Shown here: one piece after another, positions 49,213-56,245 of the stretch
Layout of the letters: each line of letters opens with the position of its first letter
Numbering within the stretch: the stretch's first letter is position 1
Virus record (IMG/VR): IMGVR_UViG_3300009164_000056
Span: 25,571 to 89,570 of that record
Strand: one strand, 5' to 3'
Source of the DNA: a virus
DNA length: 64,000 bases
The notes under the pieces: model-generated
The model's database searches: none
Told to the model about the DNA's origin: nothing
The model's input: only the letters and a program-made list of their open reading frames with translations
Translations under genes and position numbers: made by a program

Positions 49213-50838
49213 TTATCCTTCACAACTTGCACAATCCAAAATATTTCTAGCAAATTCTTGAGCTGAACTTTGGCTAAATTGATAGTACAATGTTTTAACT
49301 CCTTCTTCATGCGCGTATAAATACAGTTGATTGATATCTTTAGCTGGAACAGATGGGTGAATCATTAAGTTAAGTGACTGAGACTGATCAATAAACTTTT
49401 GTCTTTGAGCTGCCTGCAAGATTAACTCTTTGGGTGTGATCTCAATGAATGACTTGAATACTGTTTTTGTAGGGAAATCTAAATGTTGAACTGAGCCGTC
49501 CTTTTTCAAGATGCTTTTCCACACTTCCGGGTTATTCATACCATACTTATCTAACTCACACTCTAGGAAAGGATTCTTATAGATAGTCTTAGACTTGGCT
49601 AGATCTTTAATAAAGTAATTAGATTTGATTGGTTCAATTCCCATACTCACTTGTCCCAAGATGAATGAGCTTGATTTAGTAGGAGCAATTGCAATCAATG
49701 TTGAATTGGCATAACCTTTTCTAATTGACTCAACACCTTTAGAATCATGTAACCATTTAGAGGCTGCCTCACTTTTCTCTTTAAGTGCTATAAAGATCTG
49801 AGAGTTTAACATCTTAGCTTCCAAGGAATCAAAGTCAATTAACTTAGATTGGAACAGTGAATGGTATCCTAAGACACCTAAACCAATTGCTCTATGTTGA
49901 CTTGCAAATCTATATGCTCTTTTCATACCGGGCATTACTGCAGACTTTTTAATGAACTCATCCATTACAGCATTTAAGAATAATGTGTAAGTTTCAATAG
50001 CGTCTGTGTTTTTCATCTCTTCCCAGTGCAGCAGGTTGATAGATCCTAAGCAACAAACAAATGAGTTGAATGAATCTGTTGGTAACTGAATCTCAGAACA
50101 TAAATTGCTAGCAGTAATTTCAAGACCCAATTCTTTATAAGGAGTATTGTTATTTGAATTGTCCTTGAACATAATGTATGGAAAACCAAACTCATTACGT
50201 CTTTGAATTACCTTGGCCCATATTTTACGTTTGTCCCCATCACCAGCTTTCATTTCTTCTAGCCACTTGTCAGTTACTGTAACACCATATTGTAGATTTT
50301 GTATTGGGTTTCCCTCAGTACCAATATCTAGGAACTCTAAAGCATCTGCATGCTCTAATGGTAACCATACCGCGCATGCTCCTCTTCTTGCTTCAGATTG
50401 CTTACATACGTCTACTGTGGTGTCATAAAGTTTAGCATAGTGTATTGGTCCATCTGCATGGCCCCCTGTTGATATGGTAGCACCTCTTGGTCTAATATTA
50501 CCCAAGTAAACACTTGTCCCTCCACCATACTTTGACATTAAACCAATCTCACGACCACCATTCAGAATACTATCTAATGAATCATCTACATTAGAACCAT
50601 AACAACTAATGGGTAAACCTTTTTGTTTTCCAAAGTTAATCCATACCGGGGTAGACAAACTATAAAACCCTCTGGCCATATAGTCTTCAAACTTTTGAGC
50701 AAAGCCTTCAATCTTTAAATACTTTTCAGCAATTGTTGCAATGTCTTTAATTCTTTGTTCTGGTGATTCTGTTATATAACCTCTTGATAAAAAGGTGCGG
50801 CTATCTTCATTGAGCCAATAATATTTTTTATACTCCAT
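49213..50838 (-). CDS. nrdA: Ribonucleoside-diphosphate reductase class I, alpha subunit (short form, no ATP cone)
   Basis: PISC, GGGTS, SNLCSEI, IAPTKSSS, IDQSQSLN, KTLYY and C-terminal CASC. Start placed at MEYKKYYW (50838), which avoids overlap with nrdB. Confidence 0.95.
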   Translation of the reverse strand: MEYKKYYWLNEDSRTFLSRGYITESPEQRIKDIATIAEKYLKIEGFAQKFEDYMARGFYSLSTPVWINFGKQKGLPISCYGSNVDDSLDSILNGGREIGLMSKYGGGTSVYLGNIRPRGATISTGGHADGPIHYAKLYDTTVDVCKQSEARRGACAVWLPLEHADALEFLDIGTEGNPIQNLQYGVTVTDKWLEEMKAGDGDKRKIWAKVIQRRNEFGFPYIMFKDNSNNNTPYKELGLEITASNLCSEIQLPTDSFNSFVCCLGSINLLHWEEMKNTDAIETYTLFLNAVMDEFIKKSAVMPGMKRAYRFASQHRAIGLGVLGYHSLFQSKLIDFDSLEAKMLNSQIFIALKEKSEAASKWLHDSKGVESIRKGYANSTLIAIAPTKSSSFILGQVSMGIEPIKSNYFIKDLAKSKTIYKNPFLECELDKYGMNNPEVWKSILKKDGSVQHLDFPTKTVFKSFIEITPKELILQAAQRQKFIDQSQSLNLMIHPSVPAKDINQLYLYAHEEGVKTLYYQFSQSSAQEFARNILDCASCEG

Positions 50839-50848
50839 GTTTTTGTTA

Positions 50849-51829
50849 TTAAAATAAATCATCTTCTGTTATACTTTTTCCTTTTTTGTTGTAATCAATT
50901 GATTTTTTATAGAAGAAATCACCCTCTTTAGTTGAAAGAATCTCAATGTTAAACCACTGAGTTTTTTCAAGTAGTTCATTATCAACCTCAAACAAGGCTT
51001 TCATACCTATGTTTTGCAGTGAATTATTGAATCTGTCTTTGATAAAATGCTGTATTGTTTCTTTAGAAAGAAAAGATAACTCCCCTTTTTCAAAGATCCA
51101 GTCTAGTATTTTGCACTCAGCTTCATAGGCTTTCTGACATGCAGAATCTATAAGTTGCTCAAACTCAGCATCAAACCATTCAGGATTTTCTTTTTTGATG
51201 ATGTTAATCAGTTCAGCTCCAAAGTTTCCATGGATTTCTTCTTCTTTACTTGTTGCCTCAACCACATTTGAGATACCTTTAAATAGGTTCTTTTCTTTGT
51301 TGAAAGACATCATGATTAAGAATTGACTAAATAAACTAACATGCTCAATGAATAGAGAAAATAAAAGTACTGATTTGGTGTACATCTTATTGTCTTTACT
51401 TCTGGTGCCATCTAAGTATTTACTAAGATATGCTATTCTGTCTTTAATGGCCGGGATTTCTACTACATGTTGGAACTCTTTTTCAAGACCCAAGATTCTA
51501 AGTAGTTGTGCATATGCATCCTTGTGTCTTACTTCTGATTCAGCAAAAGTCATACCTACATCTCCAATCTCAGTGATTGGCATTCTTTTGTAAAGATCTG
51601 CCCAGAATGTTTTAACATTAACTTCAATTTGAGCAATTGCTAGCATAGCTCTTTTGATTACTTCTCTTTCTTTAGAGTCAATTGTAATCTTAAAATCTTG
51701 GATATCTTCAGTAAAATTAAACTCAGTATGTATCCAATACGAGTGTCTGATAGCATCTTTATATGCTAGTAATTGAGGGTATTCATACGGCAATATGTTT
51801 ACCCGTGGTAAGAAAATGTTTTTGTTCAT
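50849..51829 (-). CDS. nrdB: Ribonucleoside-diphosphate reductase class I, beta subunit
   Basis: ESEVRHKDAY, EHVSLFSQF and EEEIH di-metal ligands; C-terminal DFF...DY...DDLF. Confidence 0.95.
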   Translation of the reverse strand: MNKNIFLPRVNILPYEYPQLLAYKDAIRHSYWIHTEFNFTEDIQDFKITIDSKEREVIKRAMLAIAQIEVNVKTFWADLYKRMPITEIGDVGMTFAESEVRHKDAYAQLLRILGLEKEFQHVVEIPAIKDRIAYLSKYLDGTRSKDNKMYTKSVLLFSLFIEHVSLFSQFLIMMSFNKEKNLFKGISNVVEATSKEEEIHGNFGAELINIIKKENPEWFDAEFEQLIDSACQKAYEAECKILDWIFEKGELSFLSKETIQHFIKDRFNNSLQNIGMKALFEVDNELLEKTQWFNIEILSTKEGDFFYKKSIDYNKKGKSITEDDLF

Positions 51830-51906
51830 AAAATTGTATTTTTGAATTTTAAAGTTCTATAGAAGAACTTGATGGTATATATAATTTACTAAAAAATAAG
51901 GAGTTT

Positions 51907-52101
51907 TTAGCTATTATTATGCATATTTGCATAACTAATGGTAAAGAAAATAAAACCTATTTCTATACCTGAAACAAGACGGTAAACATCATCTTCACAT
52001 AATACTTGACAGTTTATAAGTTTAAGCCCAAGTATGGGTTCTGTTGGTAGAAACTCTATGTTAAATCTGTTTCTAAAAATTAAAGGGTTAACTTTGTTCA
52101 T
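51907..52101 (-). CDS. Small hypothetical protein
   Basis: 64-aa ORF with an A-rich leader, upstream of nrdB on the same strand. Confidence 0.6.
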   Translation of the reverse strand: MNKVNPLIFRNRFNIEFLPTEPILGLKLINCQVLCEDDVYRLVSGIEIGFIFFTISYANMHNNS

Positions 52102-52142
52102 AATGAATTTTTGGTTTAAAAAAGTTAATTTATAAAATTATT

Positions 52143-52153
52143 TTTGTATATTA
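52143..52153 (+). promoter_or_regulatory. Repeated promoter-like motif TTTGTATATTA at the start of the second late block
   Basis: 52141-52164 matches 7311-7334 at 23 of 24 positions. Confidence 0.6.
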
Positions 52154-52205
52154 TAAGTGTATAGCTAGGGAAATACCTCTGGCAAATATAAGATATATAT
52201 TTATA

Positions 52206-52592
52206 ATGAAGAGTAGAATACTTAATATTTTCAGTTATTATGATACTGAACCAATGGAAATTCTCATTGGTATAATTTGGCTTATCATACTACCAGTTAT
52301 ATGGTGCTTTGAGTTCTCTTGTAACTTATTTATCATAATCCCAAGTATCCTATTGGGTCTAGCTATGATTAAAGCAACTTGTTCTCATCCAATCAAAGTA
52401 AGAAAAACTTTATCTTACGGATCATTTATCTTTTCCATTTTTGTAATTTTAGCATTTGTATTTAGAGGTGCAATGCTTAATCCTACACATTGGTTATGGT
52501 TTTTACCAGCAATTATATCTTTTTTAAATCTGGCAGCAATGACATCAAAATATTATAGAACACAAAAACAAGGTAGCAATGACATCATATGA
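52206..52592 (+). CDS. Multi-pass membrane protein (holin-like candidate)
   Basis: 128 aa, about four hydrophobic helices, basic C-terminus. Confidence 0.55.
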   Translation: MKSRILNIFSYYDTEPMEILIGIIWLIILPVIWCFEFSCNLFIIIPSILLGLAMIKATCSHPIKVRKTLSYGSFIFSIFVILAFVFRGAMLNPTHWLWFLPAIISFLNLAAMTSKYYRTQKQGSNDII

Positions 52593-52893
52593 TAATGTAA
52601 CAACCGTATTAGTCACAATGATGACTGTTCTGTTCTCCGCAGGAGCATGGAAATTTTATGAAAGAAGAATAAAGTTAAAAACTGAGTTAGAACGGGAAGA
52701 TAGAACTGATCAGAATATGTATAGAGATGATTTAAGAGATAGAGTCAAAAGACTTGAGCAATTGTTAACGGATAGTGCGGTTGAAAAAGATTTAATGAGA
52801 GATCAGATCCTTTCACTTACAAAAGAAGTAAGTACGCTACACGTTAAAGTTGAGTATTTAGAGAAAGAAAATCAAAGACTTAAGAATATATAG
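52579..52893 (+). CDS. Single-TM coiled-coil protein (lysis-cassette candidate)
   Basis: N-terminal TM ending AGAWKFY, then heptad repeats to the end. Confidence 0.6.
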   Translation: MTSYDNVTTVLVTMMTVLFSAGAWKFYERRIKLKTELEREDRTDQNMYRDDLRDRVKRLEQLLTDSAVEKDLMRDQILSLTKEVSTLHVKVEYLEKENQRLKNI

Positions 52894-52970
52894 GCTAATA
52901 TCATTTATTTGCTTATATAAATAAGAATTTGTATATTATGTATAAGTAATGTTAACCAAAATTAAAAATT

Positions 52971-53207
52971 ATGTTTAAAGAAATATTATATGCAATATGG
53001 ACTTTTTCACTAGAAAAGGGCTATAATTGGGTTTTATCTAAAACAACAGTTGATGAAAAAGCAATTGAGGTAGTTGATGAAATTAAAGTAAGAAGTGTAC
53101 TAATTAAAAAAGAACTTAAAGACGTTGTAGACGCAGTTAAGGGTGTACCAACTAAACCAAAAAAAAAATATTACAGGCCAAAAACCAAACCAGATATCAA
53201 AAAATAA
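52971..53207 (+). CDS. Small hypothetical protein with basic C-terminus
   Basis: 78 aa; preceded by the TTTGTATATTA motif at 52928. Confidence 0.65.
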   Translation: MFKEILYAIWTFSLEKGYNWVLSKTTVDEKAIEVVDEIKVRSVLIKKELKDVVDAVKGVPTKPKKKYYRPKTKPDIKK

Positions 53208-53209
53208 TT

Positions 53210-53539
53210 ATGGTTGATTTATATAAACTATATAAGTTTTTTAAAGAACAATGGCTAGGCAGTATATTAATTATAGTTTGGTTAATATCTGTATTTATAT
53301 ACCAGCATAAGAAAGCTGAACTACTTAATAAAGCTTACATCTTAGAAGCTAGAATTAAAGAGTTAGAAAAGAAAGCAAATGTTGAATTAAAAAGTGTGGA
53401 TAGTTTAAAAACCATTGACACAATTATAGTAACTAGAATTAAAATAATCAAACAAAAAGAATATGAAAAAATACGCATTATTGATTCCCTTCCTGTTAGT
53501 GGGCTTCAAAGCTATTTCACAGAACGTTACCCAAAGTAA
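53210..53539 (+). CDS. i-spanin-like protein (N-terminal TM plus coiled coil)
   Basis: TM WLGSILIIVWLISVFIY then coiled coil; overlaps the next gene by 77 nt in another frame. Confidence 0.55.
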   Translation: MVDLYKLYKFFKEQWLGSILIIVWLISVFIYQHKKAELLNKAYILEARIKELEKKANVELKSVDSLKTIDTIIVTRIKIIKQKEYEKIRIIDSLPVSGLQSYFTERYPK

Positions 53540-53939
53540 AGACTCTGTTGTTATTCTTTCTGAAAGACAAGCTAGAGCAGTTGCTACTGATTTAGTTAGA
53601 TATGATTTTTTGAAAAACATTTCAAAGGAACAAGAAAAAAGAATTGTAAACTTTGAAAGAACTATTATAAAGTTAGAAAATACAATAAGCATAAAAGATA
53701 GCATTATATTTTACCAAAAGGATTATATCAGTGCGCAGAATGCAGTTTTAAATATAAAACCTAAACCACAATTCCATGGTTATCTTGGGATTCAAAGTTC
53801 AGGGTTTACAATTAACACACCTTTATTTTCTGGAAGAATACTTTTAGAATGTAGAAAAGTGAATTTTGGTATTCAATATATAGGAATGCCAACCATTAAT
53901 AATCAATATGGATTACTTGTAGAATATAAATTATTTTAA
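53463..53939 (+). CDS. Secreted spanin-partner-like protein with beta-rich C-terminus
   Basis: Signal peptide MKKYALLIPFLLVGFKAIS|Q, coiled coil, then amphipathic strands ending YGLLVEYKLF. Confidence 0.55.
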   Translation: MKKYALLIPFLLVGFKAISQNVTQSKDSVVILSERQARAVATDLVRYDFLKNISKEQEKRIVNFERTIIKLENTISIKDSIIFYQKDYISAQNAVLNIKPKPQFHGYLGIQSSGFTINTPLFSGRILLECRKVNFGIQYIGMPTINNQYGLLVEYKLF

Positions 53940-53943
53940 ACTA

Positions 53944-54087
53944 ATGGCAGCTAAAGCAAAAACACAAACATCAACGTTTAAACCTACTACAAAAGTGAGT
54001 AGACCAAATGTACATGCTAAGACTAAAACGTCTAAGATTAAAACATCAAAATTGTATAAAAAAAAATATAAAGGACAAGGTAAATAA
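53944..54087 (+). CDS. 47-aa highly basic peptide (not in ORF track)
   Basis: MAAKAKTQTSTFKPTTKVSRPNVHAKTKTSKIKTSKLYKKKYKGQGK*; fills the gap between flanking genes. Confidence 0.75.
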   Translation: MAAKAKTQTSTFKPTTKVSRPNVHAKTKTSKIKTSKLYKKKYKGQGK

Positions 54088-54088
54088 T

Positions 54089-54235
54089 ATGGAAGACTGG
54101 GCATTAAAAATAGAGTTTCACTGGCCTCATCATAGGCTTGCATTAGGTTGGGATTATATAGCACCTGACGAAGAATATGATTATAGTACATCAAGACTAT
54201 ATCTTTTTTTCATTACATTTACATTAGATTATTAA
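54089..54235 (+). CDS. 48-aa hypothetical protein (start corrected from 54008)
   Basis: ATG 1 nt after the preceding stop; MEDWALKIEFHWPHH... Confidence 0.6.
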   Translation: MEDWALKIEFHWPHHRLALGWDYIAPDEEYDYSTSRLYLFFITFTLDY

Positions 54236-54249
54236 AAAAATTAAAAATT

Positions 54250-54534
54250 ATGAAAGCTCAAGGTTTACAACAAGGTAAAATATCTAAACAAAGCGTGAAG
54301 CTATTGTGTAGAACGGGGGGAGAATTAGATGATGCTATGCAAGGATCTATGGTTGAAAAAATGAGAAAAGGTGGTGATGCAATGAGATATGCAAAAAGTG
54401 CTGACGGTTCAACTAAGAAACAAGCATATAAAATGGGTGGTTATGTTCAATCAGAAACAAAACCAGCTATGAAAAAATATAGAGGTGGTGGTGTACCAAC
54501 AGCGTTTATTTACTCTGGTCCATCTAAAAAATAA
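54250..54534 (+). CDS. Small basic protein with repeated xxxGG motifs (putative internal virion protein)
   Basis: CRTGG, MRKGG, YKMGG and YRGGG within 94 aa. Confidence 0.7.
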   Translation: MKAQGLQQGKISKQSVKLLCRTGGELDDAMQGSMVEKMRKGGDAMRYAKSADGSTKKQAYKMGGYVQSETKPAMKKYRGGGVPTAFIYSGPSKK

Positions 54535-54539
54535 TAATT

Positions 54540-55139
54540 ATGAATATTTTAACTGACATATTAAGTTTAATTAGAAGGGGTGTATTTGTTAAGACTGCAT
54601 CACCTGATGATGTTATTGTACTTGGTGTAAATGAACAACCAGATATGACTGGTGTTGCTTCACCAATACCATATAAATCTGTTAAGCTTATTAAGGTTAA
54701 AGATCTTAAGATTGCTCCAGCATTTTGTGATAATGAAAATTCTCCAACTACACCGGCAGCAGGAACAGGTCAAGTATTTAAAGAGCAAATTATTGATCCA
54801 ATAACTAATGTTTGTACAAATTATTTCAGATCTTTGAAGTCATTAAGCACAAACTTAACTATTAATGAATCAATTGATAATAATTATATTGAAATTACCA
54901 CTACAGGAGAACCAAATATAGGAAGTAATCTTGGTACAGGTACAGGTTTGTATGCTAGTAAAACTGGTGAGACACTTAATTTTAAATCATTAAAAGGTAC
55001 AGGTGTATCAATAAGTCAATCAGCAACAGAAGTTACGTTAAATCACGCATCAAAAGTTGTATTAACTGCACCTAATGGTGGTTTATGGGAAGTTACTGTA
55101 AGTAATAGTGGTGGCATTCAAACAACATTAGTAGGATAA
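54540..55139 (+). CDS. Short fibre-like virion protein
   Basis: Two FRSL/FKSL repeats (GTGQVFK...FRSLKS; GTGLYAS...FKSLKG); N-terminus resembles that of 56246. Confidence 0.65.
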   Translation: MNILTDILSLIRRGVFVKTASPDDVIVLGVNEQPDMTGVASPIPYKSVKLIKVKDLKIAPAFCDNENSPTTPAAGTGQVFKEQIIDPITNVCTNYFRSLKSLSTNLTINESIDNNYIEITTTGEPNIGSNLGTGTGLYASKTGETLNFKSLKGTGVSISQSATEVTLNHASKVVLTAPNGGLWEVTVSNSGGIQTTLVG

Positions 55140-55141
55140 TT

Positions 55142-55393
55142 ATGGAAAATATAAAAAAAACAAGCTGGATTAAAGGTTTACTACAAGATGAAAGAGGTGC
55201 TCCATCATCAAAAAGATTTGTTGGTATTATAGCAGGTCTTGTTTTGTCTTTTACTCTTATTGTAAATCAATTCACAGAAAAATTAGCTGATCCATCCCCT
55301 GTATTAGTTAATGCGGTTGCAATGTTAGCATTTGGATGCTTAGGATTAGCGTCTGTAGATAAAATTTGGGGTAAAAAAAACATAGAAAGTTAA
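55142..55393 (+). CDS. Two-TM holin-like protein
   Basis: LLQDERGAPSSKRFVG followed by two TM helices and a charged C-terminus. Confidence 0.6.
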   Translation: MENIKKTSWIKGLLQDERGAPSSKRFVGIIAGLVLSFTLIVNQFTEKLADPSPVLVNAVAMLAFGCLGLASVDKIWGKKNIES

Positions 55394-55403
55394 ACCAATA
55401 AAA

Positions 55404-55640
55404 ATGAAAGTTATGATTAGTAAAGAAGGTAAAGCAGAAGAACGCAAATGGCAAATTCAATCTGCATTAAGCACTCTGCAAAGAGCAGAAGAAATTAAAA
55501 ATGATACATCTTTAATGAGAGATGTTAAAAGAGCTGCTGGTCTTGAGGCTAAAAGATTACAAACCTTAGCTAATGGTGGTGGTGTAATGTCAGCACCAAA
55601 AAAGATAGCAGTTAAAAAAGTAATTACTAAAAGAAAATAA
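55404..55640 (+). CDS. Small basic hypothetical protein
   Basis: 78 aa, helical, with LANGGG and a Lys-rich tail. Confidence 0.7.
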   Translation: MKVMISKEGKAEERKWQIQSALSTLQRAEEIKNDTSLMRDVKRAAGLEAKRLQTLANGGGVMSAPKKIAVKKVITKRK

Positions 55641-55641
55641 A

Positions 55642-55890
55642 ATGAAAAGTCCAAAAACAGGTATTTCTTTTCCTATGCAAGGATTAGAATATCAAAGAGA
55701 AACAACAAATGGATATTATGATCCAACGTCTATACCTGCAGCTATTCAAAGAAAAAAGAATCAGACGCAAGTATTAAGCCGTATTAAAAAAGCTAAGGAT
55801 GGAATTAATATTCCAAGATCAAGTACAAGAGCAAATGAACCAGTTCAATCAGCTGCTTTTAAAAGTGGTTATAGAACTAATAAAAAATAA
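55642..55890 (+). CDS. Small basic hypothetical protein
   Basis: 82 aa, tightly packed in the operon. Confidence 0.65.
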   Translation: MKSPKTGISFPMQGLEYQRETTNGYYDPTSIPAAIQRKKNQTQVLSRIKKAKDGINIPRSSTRANEPVQSAAFKSGYRTNKK

Positions 55891-55895
55891 ATAAC

Positions 55896-56240
55896 ATGGC
55901 AACTATAGTAGCACAAAGAATTTTACAGTCAGGGTTACTCCCTACTTACTCTGCAGCATCAGCTGGTGGAGATAAACTTGTTAATACAGGTATACAATAT
56001 TTTCATGTAAGAAATACTAGTGGTGTTACTGTAACTGCAAATGTGATTCCTGTAGTAACTGTGTATATAGATCCTGTATTAGGAAAACTAGTTAAGCAAA
56101 CTGCAAGTTTAGTATTACCTGCAGGACAATCAGGATTTTTAGGTCCATTTGAAACGGGTGCCTTTAATGATACACAAGGGTACATTACAATAACTTGTAC
56201 AGCAACTGCTTCAGTAAGTTTAGCTGCACTTTATATTTAA
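55896..56240 (+). CDS. Small beta-rich virion (capsid-accessory-like) protein
   Basis: ASAGGDKLVNTG...VRN...PAGQSGFLGPF...FND pattern seen in small phage structural proteins. Confidence 0.55.
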   Translation: MATIVAQRILQSGLLPTYSAASAGGDKLVNTGIQYFHVRNTSGVTVTANVIPVVTVYIDPVLGKLVKQTASLVLPAGQSGFLGPFETGAFNDTQGYITITCTATASVSLAALYI

Positions 56241-56245
56241 ATATT

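Noticed and set aside
50213-51593. + strand ORFs within nrdA and nrdB
   Set aside because: Antisense shadows of conserved genes.
29692-51829. Inteins or self-splicing introns in vRNAP or RNR
   Set aside because: ORFs are uninterrupted, RNR subunits are of minimal length, and no intein or homing endonuclease motifs were recognised. A divergent intein in the giant ORFs cannot be excluded by eye.
53931-54235. Track ORFs 53931..54194 (-) and the 54008 start
   Set aside because: Better explained by two tandem + genes, 53944..54087 and 54089..54235.
56195-56245. Upstream TTG start of the long fibre gene
   Set aside because: Overlaps the previous gene; ATG 56246 follows its stop and matches the N-terminus pattern of 54540.
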